64,000 nucleotides of DNA, from NCBI GenBank assembly GCA_964106645.2, contig OZ067051.1, one strand, 5' to 3'. Below are positions 24,015 through 36,544 of this stretch, piece by piece. Source of the stretch: Podarcis pityusensis (Eukaryota). The translations under genes and the position numbers were made by a program. Numbering within the stretch: the first letter of the stretch is position 1; each line of letters begins with the position of its first letter. Under the pieces are notes generated by a model. That model made no database searches. It had not been told where the DNA came from and saw only the letters and a list, made by a program, of their open reading frames with translations.

Positions 24015-24574
24015 CCGCTCCTGGCTCCGTGGGCCCAGCCCTTTGCTCAGCAGCACATCCCTGGGACCAGGTGGAGCCTGCTCTCCAGAAAGCGGTTGCA
24101 GAGAGAAAGCCAATTAGCTGAGAGGCTGAGATTGGCCAACTGGCAACCCGCTGCCTCCACCTTTGATCCTTGGGACCAGCGATTGGCCTTCCTGGGGTGG
24201 GGGGATGGTGCTCCTTTCCCCTCCACTTGCCTTTCTGCCTGATTATGTCAGGAGCCAAATCTGCCTCTTTAACCCTCTTACCCGGCAGAAATAGAGAGCT
24301 TAGCCGTTCCGTTGGGTTAGGTGAATCTCAGGCTGTTGTTGCAAGATGGAAGGGACAGGAGCCTTCTCACCTCAGGTTCCCCCAGGGAGCAAAGTAGCAG
24401 CCACAGAGGCTCCCTCACCAGGGCCTTGCCTGGCAAGGGAGCCTCTGTGAACCTGCTCCAAGGGCAGGGAGGGTGGCAGGCAGGCAGGCAGGCAGAGGAC
24501 TCCACCAGCCTTCAGCCATGCAGGACTACTGGCCTCTTTTGGCTGCCAGAGACTGGGCAGGGCTTCCATCGGGG

Positions 24575-25400
24575 AACTAAAACTGATCTGGCCATAGTGG
24601 CGCACACTTTAGTTGCATCCTGTGTGGATTACTGTTAATGTACCCTGCGTGGGGCTGCCTTTGAAAAGTGTCCAGAAACTTCAACTGGTCCAAAATGGTG
24701 AAGCTAGACCATGGATAGGCAAACTAAGGCCCAGGGGCCAGATCTGGCCAATCGCCTTCTAAATCCGGCCCGCAGACGGTCTGGGAATCAGCCGGTTTTA
24801 CTTAGTAGAATGTGTCCTTTTATTTAAAATGCAACTCTGGGTTATTTGTGGGGCATAGGAATTCGTTCATTTCCCCCCCAAAAATATAGTCTGGTCCCCC
24901 ACAAGGTCTGAGAGACAGTGGACCGGCCCCCCACTGAAAAGGTTTGCTGACCCCTGATAGACTGTTGACTGGGGCAGGTTATAGGAACCATATGACTCCC
25001 TTGTTGCAACAGCTCCAGTGGTTACCATTTTGTTTCCAGGCACAATTCGAAGTGTTGCTTGTGACCAATAAAGCCCTATTTGAAAGACCATATTCTTCCA
25101 TACAAACCTGCCTGTGCTCCGAGGTCTTCAGGGAAGACTCTTCTCTCAGTCCTGCCAACCTCACAGGCATGCTTTGTGGCAACACAGAGCCTTCATGATG
25201 GCTGCTCCCGTGAACTTCCTGGAGAAGCTAGAATGGCTCCCACCTTTTCCTTTGCCAGCAGGTGAAGACTGTTTTATTCCGACAGGCCTTGGGGAACTGA
25301 CTTGTTTTGTGGGGGTTTTGAAGGAAAGGTCTTTTAATACCGTTGTTTATTTTTACTGTTTTTATTAATAGTTTTGTTCTTTATATTGTTTTACTTCTAT
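24575..25400 (+). mobile_element. L2/CR1-clade LINE 3' fragment interrupted by a hAT-type MITE (24710-24956)
   Basis: Degenerate ORF2 C-terminus HTLVASCVDYC...LPLKSVQKLQLVQN..ARLLTGAGYRNHMTPLLQQLQWLP is split at GCTAGAC by an element with CATGGATAGGCAAAC / GTTTGCTGACCCCTG ends. Confidence 0.75.
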
Positions 25401-25904
25401 TGGAGTTTAGTTGCTTTTTAATGATGATCATAGAATTGTAGAATTGGAAGGGACCATGAGGATTATCTTGTCCAAACCCCTGCAATGCTGGAGTATGCAG
25501 CTGTCCCATACAAGGATCAAACCTGCAACCTTGGCATTATCCGCACCAAACTCTAACCAACTAAGCAATCAGGGCGTATATATTTTTAGCTTTCTGTATT
25601 TTACCTGTGTTGTATTAATTTGTGCAAGTCACCTTGAATCCTGGTCGGGGGCAAATGCAGGATATAAATAAATATAATAATTAATGATATGAACAACTCT
25701 AAAGCAACAAACAGGCTTGGGTCACCTTGAAGACAAACAGGTGAGAACCTGACATTTGGGGATTTGCCAGATGTCTAATCCCTGTGAAACAAGGTGGGGA
25801 GGCCACAAGAATGACAATTGCTCTACCATCCTGCTTATCCAGTCCTAGAGAATGATTTCCACACCCTAGCTGTTGCAAGGAAGTGTGGGTGGGTATTTGA
25901 CTCC

Positions 25905-26332
25905 CAGGGCCGTCTTTAGCAGATGCAAATATCCGACCAGCACCCCACAAATTACCATGGATAGTGTTGGGGTGGCCATAGCTGCGCACTGCCAGCCATC
26001 CGGAGGGGGGGGCACAACTCTCCCCCATGCCACTGTGGGAGAGCGATCCCCGCAGAGGCTTTGGAGGGAAGCTGCGCGCCCACAAGCTATATGGTTGGTG
26101 GGGCGCAGCTTCCATCCTAAGCCTCTGCAGGGATCGCTCTCCTCCTAAGGAGGCTTGGGAGGGAAGCTGCACGCCCGCCAGCCTTATGGTTGGCGGGGCA
26201 CAGCTGGTGGGCATGCAGGGAAAGGGGAGGCTGCTGGCAAAGCCGCGCAGCTCCCCCACTTGCTGGGGCACCCCTGAGTGGCTGGCGCCCTGGCGCGACA
26301 CACCACTAAGCCCTATGGGAAAGATGGCTCTG
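25905..26332. mobile_element. GC-rich hAT-like non-autonomous element
   Basis: TIRs CAGGGCCGTCTT / AAGATGGCTCTG; internal direct and inverted GGGAAGCTGCGC repeats; TSD only partly matched. Confidence 0.55.
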
Positions 26333-26689
26333 CGGACTCACTTCCTGTGCCCTTCCCATCGATATGCTACGGAGAGGCCCCAGGTCCACTGAAAGGCTCA
26401 GCCTGCTTTCCTCTGGGATCTGTCCTCACCCAGCCACTACCACACCCTCTGATCTTTCCTTCCCCATGAACTGCCTAATCTCTGAGCTCTCTGCTATGGC
26501 ATAATAATTCCCTCCACCTAACAAACACTGCCTCCCCTGTGACATTAGGCACATCCCACCTTACCCACACTCTGCCTCTTATTCTTTCCAGGCCTGCTGT
26601 CCTGTGAAGAAAGCAGATAGATATTTTCTCTCTGTCTCGTAATACTAAGAGCTCACTGGGGCCAGTCCAATGGAACTGGATGGTGGGAG

Positions 26690-27035
26690 ATTCAGGAGAG
26701 ACAAAGAGAAGCACTTCACACTGTGGATAGTTTAATGACGGTATTTGCTACCACAATATGTAATGATGACCACCAATGTGGATAGCTTTAAAATAAAATT
26801 ATTGGATAAATTAAAGAAGGAAAAAGCTACCAATGGCTACTAGCCACAATAGTTGTGTTCTACCTGTACTCTCTTATATGCCTCTGAATGCCAGTTCATA
26901 GGAATCACAAATGCAGAGAGTGCTGCTATTGCACTCTGGCCCTGCTTGTAGGCTTCCTATAGGGACATCTGGTTGGTCACTGTGAGAACAGGATTCTAGA
27001 CTAGATGGACTTTCAGTCCACATCCACAAGAGGTC
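26690..27035 (+). mobile_element. CR1-like LINE 3' fragment
   Basis: ...AGCACTTCACAC...GATAGCTTTAAAA...TTGGATAAATT...CTGTGAGAACAGGAT.CTAGACTAGATGGAC. Related pieces at about 40660-40810 (+), 41600-41980 (-) and 52410-52850 (-). Confidence 0.55.
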
Positions 27036-27945
27036 CACCATCTGTACTTTTCTGCTTTTCCTTTTGACCTCACTGTTTACAATTCCACCCACATGCTTGC
27101 CCTTCCAGGATAACTCAGGACAACACTGACCTGTAGGCCCACAAAGGCTTACACTGGTTAATTTTTAAGGTGGCACAAGACACTTTGCTTTTTCTTAACG
27201 TTGTGTTTGGAAGTGTGTGGCAGTTTATCTCCATGCCTGCTGCCCGCCGTAACTGGTGTATAGAAATACCTGTCCCTAACATTTAGACTGATGCAGGTTG
27301 TTCAGTTTCAGGGTTAAATGCTGACTGTTTCTTTTGGGGGGCCCCTGGACAAAAATGTGAGCAGCAATACAAAAATCCAGGCTTTTATCATAGCTGGAAC
27401 TGGGCAGCAATGTTTGTGTCCCCTTCCCAGAAAATGGAGGCTTGTCTGCTCTTTCAGTCTTGTTTCCAATAAATGGGGTGCTGTTTATTTTAGCTTTAGT
27501 TTGTAAGCATTTAAAAATGACTGTCCATTGGATGAATAGCATACAGTTGGCTTCTGGATTTGGGCTGCAAGGAGGAGGGTCAATGAACTAGCTTGACCTA
27601 TCCTCCAATCTCAGGGGATATTGGGTGTGTGGGGGGGAAACAAGGTGCAAAGGGGGAAGCAGTTAGTAATGCAGTGCTCAAAGCAAGCACGTGTTTAACT
27701 CAGAGAAGATTTGCAAACATGATCCCAGGGGAGCCAGGGGTGAAGGCTTTCTCTCTAGCTCTGTTTTGCTATCAAAATCACTCTCACAGTTGCTTTCTCC
27801 TTGCAAGATAAAATATAGGAAGTGGGAAGGATTTTGTTGCAAAAATGTGGGAACAGTGATTCACCTCTTCCCTCAGGGCCATTCCTGTGATCAATTCCAC
27901 AGCTGCTAAATCTGCATTTTCTTTAAATAAAACCTACCAAGCGAA

Positions 27946-27947
<2 letters not shown>

Positions 27948-27978
<31 letters not shown>
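27948..27978. repeat. (AAT)n microsatellite
   Basis: About 10 AAT units. Confidence 0.9.
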
Positions 27979-27981
<3 letters not shown>

Positions 27982-28379
27982 TGAAGAAATAATTATGAGC
28001 TACATTGCAGGGTTGTTGTTCAATACCTGCAATCTGCCTCCATCTCTAATGTACAGCATACATTGCAATAGTCTACACTGCAGGAATGTCATTCTCAGCC
28101 ACGGTTCCCCACACAATAAAGAGACAATGGGCTGCACTGACAAGGTACTTTTTAGTGTTTGAAAATCTTGTGAAAGCCACATTTTTCCTATGAGAACTCC
28201 AAAGGAGTAGAGCCCTTTGCTTTTGTTGCTCTCGTTCTGTTTTCTGTCCTCCGCCCACCACGCCCATTTATAACTGCTAGGTTTCTACAGTGCTTTCTCT
28301 GAGCAGCTATTGGGGTGGGGGCAAGAAGGTCAAAAGGAACCTGGAAGCTCCACCTGCAGATGTTTGGCTCGCCAGTCTA

Positions 28380-28920
28380 CATTCCACTCTCTATGGTAGC
28401 GCCGGGCAATGCCGCTCTAGGCTCTTGCGCTGATCTCTATATTAGTGCCGCTTTCTCCTTTTCCCGCTGCTTCCGGAAGCGCGCCTTACCACGTGACGAG
28501 TGCGGAAGGCAGACGGAGCGATGGCGGCTGAAGGGGATGTCGAGCTGGAGTTAGAAGCGGAGCCCAATGGCTCGGCAGGCAGCGGAGAGCGACCAGCCGA
28601 GAAGCCGCGGAAGCACGACAGCGGAGCGGCCGACCTCGAGCGCGTCACCGACTACGCGGAGGAAAAAGAGATCCAGAGCTCCAACTTGGAAACGGTGATG
28701 AGCGCATGCGTTTGGCCGCGTTGGGGGGCTCTGGTTGTCATGGTGACCGCGGGCGGGGCGGAGCCGGCTGGACTGGACCGCTGCCGAAGGGCCCCTTGGA
28801 GCCTCAGCGCCGTACGTGGGAACGGGGAACCCTGCACGTGTGGAGGCTGCCCGAGGCCCCTGCAAGCATGGCTGGACCGCCCGTGTCAAGCATCGCCTGC
28901 CCTGCCGCCTTGCTGCTATT
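28380..28920 (+). promoter_or_regulatory. HYPK CpG-island promoter
   Basis: CpG-rich. Palindromic ETS site GCTTCCGGAAGC (about 28469-28480) and CACGTGAC E-box (about 28490) just upstream of the ATG at 28521. Confidence 0.7.
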
Positions 28921-31780
28921 TCTCTCTTACTGCCGGTTTGGGGACTTTTGCTTGCGGTGTCCTTTGTCTTTGGGGCTGGAACTATTTGGCCTTCCCGAGG
29001 TGCTCTGGGTGGGAGCCCATTGTTTCGCCTCCTCAGACAGCAAAACGCCTCGTGCCAGTCTTGTGCGGGCCTTTCCTTCCATCGCATCTGTAAGAGGGCA
29101 TGGCAGTTTTCTGGCAGGTTCAGATCCACCCGATGTCATATGGCATCAGGTGATTGACAGGTAGGCAGACCCTGGGGTGAGTGTGGCCATTTTTTTATTT
29201 GGCCCACCAGAGAAAATTGTTTTTCCCTACTTCTGTTCTTAAGGGTTGCTTTCACTTCTGTGAGCCTGCCCAAGGTTTAAGACAAGAGACTCCCCGCCCC
29301 AATAGTTCCGTTGGATGTCCTTGCCAGCAGGTTTACAGTCTAAGAGGCACATTGCAAACAGGAATAAAATTAAGCAAGAAGACAAGTAGGCACCAATTCT
29401 ACATAGTAGTACTCATAATGATCAGCTGGGATGGAGAGAAAGAGGTAAATGGCACTGGTCTCTTACCAGAGAGGATAAAACGGCCTTACTTCCTGCATCT
29501 GCCATGTAGCAGCTGCCATTCCATCAGGCTGTTGCAAAGAGAAACAAGGAGAAACTCTGGTGCTTTCTGACGGTGGCACCACAGCTGTGAAATTCTCTAC
29601 CTAGGAGATCCACACCCTTTCCCTTAACATTCTCAAGGATGGTCATTTTAATCTAGGACTTTTTTATTTGATCCCTGCTGTTTTGAAGTTTATTTTGCTT
29701 GTTTCAGTGCTGTTGTTGTTTATACTTCTCACACTATTTTTAATTGGTGTTTTGTTGTACTACTTGTTGTAAGCTGGTTTGAAAAATATTTTAATATAAA
29801 TGATTAAAAATAGCCCTCCTGTGCTTTATTTGTGAATCAGTACTTGTGACTGCCTTATCACAGTACTTGTGATGTGTAAAAGGAATTGATGCATCAGCAA
29901 ATTATTATCTGAACCATCTTTCCCTAACATTCCTTGCAGTCAACATTAAAAAAATACAATTCAGATTTGCATTGTAGATTACCCACATTGTCTAGGTGTG
30001 GAAATTTCTTCCACAGGGAACTTTTGCATAACTATGAGACTTGTGTTTTTTCAGGTGCACATTGAGCTTAGAAACTCCCTGCACCAATTTCTCTTTACAT
30101 ACCTCAGCAGCAGCGGTTCAGTGATCAGGAGCACAAGGTCTTTTCAGTGACAGGAAGCCTAATTTTCAGGGTAGTTCACAGCCAGACTTCTACCCAAAAG
30201 TGTATCATTGTGAATTGATTTTGACTACCTAGAATTATTTGGGCTCCATCATCTAGGGCTGGGAGAGATCAGCTTTTCAATATCGCAATGTATCACCAAC
30301 CAAACATTGATATACTGCCAGGTGAAGGCGCCATTGCACTCTGGCCCTCAAACCAGTCCTGGGCAATGTATTGATACATCATCCAGGCCTACCATCACCC
30401 CAGTTAAGTGTACTAAATTAAGTAAACTGTACTTCATTGCCATTTGTCTACATTTTTTGAATTTCACTGCCATCTGGTTGTTTTTTCTCTATACTTGTGT
30501 TACATAAAAGCTCATAAAAGCTAAAGGGACCCCTGACCATTAGGTCCAGTCGTGACCGACTCTGGGGTTGCGGCGCTCATCTTGCTTTATTGGCGGAGGG
30601 AGCATGACTAAGCCACTTCTGGCGAACCAGAGCCGCACACAGAAACGCCGTTTACCTTCACACCCGAGCGGTACCTATTTATCTACTTGCACTTTGAGGT
30701 GCTTTCGAACTGCTAGGTTGGCAGAAGCTGGGATCGAACAACGGGAGCTCACCCCGTCGCGGGGATTCGAACTGCCGACCTTGATTGGCAAGTCCTAGGC
30801 TCTGTGGTTTAACCCACAGCGCCACTGTGAGATAATTTGGTTGCTCTTTAAGGTACAAGATTTTGGTCTGGCTATTATTAAAGTCTGAGGGTGTGTGTTT
30901 AATTTGCTTTCTCTTGTTTAGGCAATGTCAGTGATTGGAGATCGAAGATCCAGAGAGCAAAAAGCAAAGCAGGAGCGGTGAGTGCCCTGTTTTCATCTCC
31001 TGCTAAGGGAGAGCAGCCTTGTTTGCTTCAACCAGAGCTGTAGAGGTGACACACAATGTGTAAACATAATTCAGAGCCAGATGTGCATGCATACTATTAT
31101 CGCTAATTTATTATCAACCCTTCACCTGAAGTTCCTAGGGTGGGTTACAGCATTAAAACATTAAAAACCATGACCAAGCTTGGAGGTAGCAGTGTTTTTA
31201 TGAACATCACACCACAGTGAAATGGTGTCTACATGCTAAACTGCTGTTTAAGGACACATTTCCATCTTCTAAAACTGTTTAGGTGTTAGGCTTGTTTTGC
31301 TGCACTTGACATTAATGGGGGGAGCTGTTTCACACCAGTGAAGCGGTGCTTGGTTGCAGAAAGCCAGAGCTGTGTTTTTATTATGTGTAGTTCCTATTCT
31401 GCCCTATCAGAGCACTTGGAGTGGGGACGGGGTGGCATTATATTACTAGAAAGTGGAGCAGGATAAGAGTCCTAATTCCTCTTTCTTTCCTTCCGTTTCA
31501 GGGAAAAAGAACTGGCCAAAGTCACAATCAAGAAAGAAGATTTGGAGTTGATTGTGAGTCTAGCACAGTGTTAATTGGACCGCTTGGGTGATGGCTCAGC
31601 ATCGACAGAGGCTGCTTTCTGATGTCACTACAGGCCATTTTAGTTGTTGCCTCTTGGTAAAGAATCTTCTTCTTTTCCTTACAGATGAACGAGATGGAAA
31701 TATCCAGGGCAGCAGCAGAACGCAGCTTGCGAGAACACATGGGGAACGTGGTGGAAGCACTGATTACCCTCACCAACTGA
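28521..31780 (+). CDS. HYPK: Huntingtin-interacting protein K (125 aa)
   Basis: Exons 28521-28694, 30922-30977, 31502-31553, 31685-31780 give MAAEGDVELELE...KPRKHDSGAADLERVTDYAEEKEIQSSNLETAMSVIGDRRSREQKAKQEREKELAKVTIKKEDLELIMNEMEISRAAAERSLREHMGNVVEALITLTN*. AATAAA at 31884-31889. Confidence 0.97.
30254..30391. mobile_element. hAT-type MITE in HYPK intron 1
   Basis: Ends TAGGGCTGG / CCAGGCCTA; 8-bp TSD CCATCATC / CCATCACC (7 of 8 match). Confidence 0.55.
30518..30827. mobile_element. Sauria SINE with an internal deletion
   Basis: Highly similar to 18870-19226 but lacks a block of about 30 bp after GAGGG. Confidence 0.88.
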
Positions 31781-33073
31781 GAGCCACCTGCTAGATGGAC
31801 TTTTGGGGAGCAAGGGAAGGAGATAGCCTCTCTTTGGCCTGTTCTGCACTTGTTCTTTGCATATGATATTTTAAAGCTGCTGGAATAAATAGTCCAATTT
31901 TTTTGAAGTTGCTGTTAATGTGGTTTATAAGATGTTTATTATCATCATCATTTGTTAAGTTTGTATACTGCCCTTCATCTGAAGATCCCAGGGTGGTTCT
32001 CAGCTGACTGAAGGACTAGTGGTGGTAAACTGGTGCCCTATTTTCATTCAGGGATCCTTTTGTTAAACAACATTAAAACAACAACTTGCAAAATTCAATC
32101 TAAAATTCAGCCTTTAAAGCCCTTGGGTGTTCTTTTCCAGACAAGGACAAACAGTGGAGTGACATGCAGGAGACAGGAAGAGAAATCAACCAGTGGGCAG
32201 CTCCCCCCCCCCCTTTCCAGTTTGGGTAGGCAGAGTTGCATTGTAAACTATACTGTGGGCCCTTAATTCCCCATAGCCATTATTTTTGAGGCTACCAGTA
32301 CTGGAATTTTCCTAAGTTACTATCGGCAATCCTTTAGATGGAACTCAGAAAAATGAACGGGTTTGTGGGAACAGGAGGCCAGTTTTGAAATCTTTCAGGA
32401 AACTATACCTAGATGATTTAAAAACTTGCATCTTGTACACTGGGGTGCTGGGCCATATCCAGTTGTTGCCAATTTAAACAGCACCAAAGGGAAGCTGTAC
32501 CTACAAAGAACTTGAAGCTTCTGTTTGTGCTTTCATAGCTTTTACATCCCGCACCCGATGTCCTATGAGTGTGGAGTCTAATTCTGCCCACAAGCCAGAG
32601 AGGTTCCAAAATGTGTTTCTCACACAGCACTGCCAAGCCCCCTCTCTACTAGAAGTGGGTCTGACTGTTTTATTAGAGCATCACATCTGCCACAACAGGG
32701 TCCCTACTTGTTAGAACATTACCACAACAGCAACTTGGTAAGAAATACATTTAATACAGGTGTCACCTTGCTTTTCTCTCCCCCACCCTACAGTGCCTCT
32801 AAAGAGAATGAGAAATATTTACAATAGGCAAATGCCTCCCGAAACTAAAAACAGGGCTGTAGAGGGAGCTGGCATACCTCAAGGGCAATGATGAGCCTGC
32901 TGAGCTGGTGCTAATTCCTTAAAAATGGGTTATGGTTATGAGTCAAATCCTCCATCCAAAGATGACAGAAAAAGTGGATCCAGGCCTTTGATAATCTATA
33001 GTCCCATGCCACAGAAACAGGACAAAACTGATCCAGCAAGATCCTAACAGTGCCCCAAATTATTCTTGATGAC

Positions 33074-36000
33074 TCAGGTAACTTTCCGCTTCTTGGCAGA
33101 GGGTCTCTCAAAGACATCCCTCACACCAGCTGCCTTCTGCTTGAAGAACTTGGTGTTTTGTGCACTCTCCTGCCCCCATGCAGAGTCAAAAGAGGTTGTA
33201 TCTTGGTCTACCAAGTGGGTGTACTTTGTTCGTCCAGAGCGCCCAAAATTCTTCACCTGCAGAGGAAAGAGTTTAAGAAATGGAGAAGCTTCAAAGAGAA
33301 TTCACTTTACTTCAACCCTTCTGGAATTCTGGTTGGAGGGGGCACATGCATACAACACCAGCAAGCCAAAGCTAGTTGGGGCTCTGAGCCCAAACAACAG
33401 AACCCCCTCCTCATGTACCTGCATGACTTTGGGTAAGATGGTCTTGTTGAAGTGGTCCTCCAGAGTTGGAGCACTGAAGTCCCTCTTGTATACATCCTCA
33501 TCTTCATCCTAGAGAACAAAGAGCACAGCAGGTAAGTAGAGACATGTTTGCTCATAGCAGCCTCTCTACCCTTATTCTACCAAGCATCCCTAGGCTGGCC
33601 TTGGGAGAAAAGGTCTGCATAGTATAGCCTAAACAGAAAAGAACACCACTGTTCAGGGACTCCTTGAGAAAAGTGATGGAATTCAGCCCCCCTCTCCCCA
33701 TGGCGGCTATATCCTGGATAGCAGCCTCCTTTCCTTTCCAGTGCACATTGAGTTCTTGCTGTGTATTCAATGACAGGGCTTTGACTGGGAACTCACCATG
33801 AAGAAGGCCCCCCGATGGTAGTACTTCTGCAGGAACTTGTATTTGCCCTTCACCGCCTTGTTGGTAATGACCTTGCCGTTGGCTCGGAGCTCAGCCCGTC
33901 GTTCCTCCTCAGTCAGATTCCGCACTCGTTCAATTTCTGCCTTCTCTTTCTCTAACCTGTGCGAAGCAGAACATATCCTTCACTCCAGACACTTGATTCT
34001 GCACAGGAGATCTCTGTAAACATCCCTCTCCAGAAGTGTGGATGGATCTAAATCCATTCCACTTCAATTACGGATGTCCACTCCCCAACTTTCTGCTCAC
34101 TGCAGAAGACTCCGTCAGCTGGGGAATGGATATCAGCAAGATCAGACCCACACCCGAGGAACCTCTTCTTCCTGGCTGGAGCAACCCAGAAGACCTCTCC
34201 CTCCTCAAATGGACTGTGCCACATCCCATTTCACTTACGCCTCACGCTCCTCTCGGTCCCGCTTGATGCGCTTCAACTCCCGCACTTTCCAGGCCTCATA
34301 CTCTTCCTCATCATTCTCATCATCAGTGTCCAGAGCATCGAGGGCTGCCAAGGAGCGCCTGTTCTCCTCCAACTCTTTCTTGGTTTCTTCTTCAACAATC
34401 TACAGTAAGTTAACAGAGAGTGAGTGTTTTGGGGTACTCAGGCTCCTCTAACCCTGAAACCCATGTGCCTGCCTTTCCTAACAATACCTTCAGGGTGTAC
34501 TTGCGCCTCTCCTCAGCCATTCGCTTGGCCTCCTGCTCCAGTTCCTTCTGTTTCAGTGCTTCGGCCTCACGCTCCTGGACTGTGACTCTGTCCTTCCTGT
34601 AGAAGACATTGGAGATCAACTCAAACCACCCAAGACAAACCGGCTGCTCACTAGAACCAATCGTCTCCCTTGTCATATCCTTCTCCTAAGAAGCACCCCA
34701 CAGACTTGCATTTATGTGTTGTCAACAGAAGGCAACTCTGAAAGTAGCCCAAGCCGGGAAGCTCTGATAGGAAGGCTCTTAACTACCAACTGTGCTTTAG
34801 AAACCAGCCTCCCCCCTCCCTGCTCAGGACTGATGGCACTTGCTTGCGGATGAAGACAGGTTTCAGGCGTGGCTCAGTCTCATCCTCACTATCTGTGTAC
34901 TCCTCATACTCGGACTCTGATTCGGACTCCTCTCCAGAACGGCCCTCATCTTCCACCTCCATGACTTCCAGCTCCTCATTCTTACGTTCCTGTGCACGCT
35001 GCCGCATCATGCAACGGCGACGTTCAATTTCCTATCAAAAAAGAAGGGCTCAGTGGTACAGCATCTGCATAAATGCAGTCCCAGATTCAATCCCCAACAT
35101 CTCCAAGTAAGGCTGGGAGAGGCCCCTATCTAAGCCCCTGGAGAACTGCTGCCAGTCACTGTAGATCTACTGAGCTAGATAGACCAATGTGCCAACACAG
35201 TATAAAGCAGTTTTCATATGTTCATATCTGGAAAAGGGCCATAGCTCAATGGTCCCCATCAGCATCTCCCAAGTAGAACTGGGGAAAGTGCCCATATCCT
35301 TGAAGAGCAAGGAGTCTCTTGTAAACTTCATCATCATCATTTCACTTCTATACTGCTTTATCATTTTTTAAGAAAAAAAATCTTAAAAGCGGTTTACATC
35401 CTACATTAGAACATCCAGAATAAATGTCATATATAAAATATACAAACGAAACAGGAATGCTTTAACAGGAAATTAATATATCATCTTAAAGATTTCAAAA
35501 TAAAAACATTATAAAGGAGGCCAACTACACACATTTCCACCCAAGATTCAGAACCCAACACCAAGACTGGAAAATGTAGCTCCTCAGGCCTGCTCATACC
35601 TCATCGTCAATCTCCTCCTCTTCCTCCTCACTGGTGTCCTCTCTCTCCACATGCCAGGCCTCTCCTTCCACTTCTGAGTCACTCTCCCCTATCACTTCTG
35701 GTTCCACAATCTTACGATGCCTTGCCAGCCTAGAACACAGACACCCACCTTTTTGTAATATTTTTTACTGGTTTTTATAATTGCAACACTTACAAAATAA
35801 GATCAAAGAAAATAAAACAAGCAAATCAAGGAAAGCAATATGGAACGTGACACAAGAATACTGCTTGGGCAGGTGCTTCATGAGTCAAATAAAGCTCTAC
35901 TTACACTAACCCACTTTTAACGTGACAAAACGGCATGCAGCTCACAAAACACCCCTCCTATATCAGGTGATCACAGCCTTTCCCCCACAGATTGTCCTCT

Positions 36001-36544
36001 TCCACTTCATGCCAAGCGCAACCTCCCAAGCAACTCTGCCCTCAACCCTCTGCTGCCCCTCACCTCTCCTCCACATCCTCTGAGATGCGGTTCTGCAGGC
36101 GGCGCAAACGGGGGTCGCTGGCCAGCTCTTCCTCTTGCTCCTCCGGTTCCAGCTCCTGCTCCTTGGCCTTCTTGATGAACTGGAACTCCTCGTCCTCCTC
36201 GTCCGAGGACTCCATGGGGGCATAATCTGGCCGCTTCCCCGAGACGTAGCGTTTTACTTTCACCTTTTCCATCGAGATCTCCCCTGGAAGCGGAGCGAGA
36301 GGTCAGGAGGGGAGAAACTGAGCCTGCCCCAGGGCGCCCCCCCCCGCAGCCCCTGCCCCAGGAGGGAGAAGAGCTCAGGTTCAGCTGCTTCTCCCCCCCC
36401 CCCATCGTCCAGGATACGTATGATTCCCCCTATGCCCCGCTCCCCGCACCAGGACGCCTCACCCTTCTCGTTGCGGACGGGGACGGCCCCCGCCGTCGAC
36501 TGGATCGGGGGCTGCTTCATGAGGGCGCTGCTGGAGCCCGACAT
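33074..36544 (-). CDS. MFAP1: Microfibrillar-associated protein 1 (spliceosomal B-complex factor), 440 aa
   Basis: Exons 36463-36544, 36064-36283, 35600-35729, 34844-35031, 34488-34596, 34239-34399, 33797-33956, 33419-33508, 33074-33256 total 1323 nt. Reads [49 protein letters not shown]...[15 protein letters not shown]...[14 protein letters not shown]...[14 protein letters not shown]...[10 protein letters not shown]. Intron 4 has a GC donor. Candidate AATAAA (-) at 32669-32674. Confidence 0.97.
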
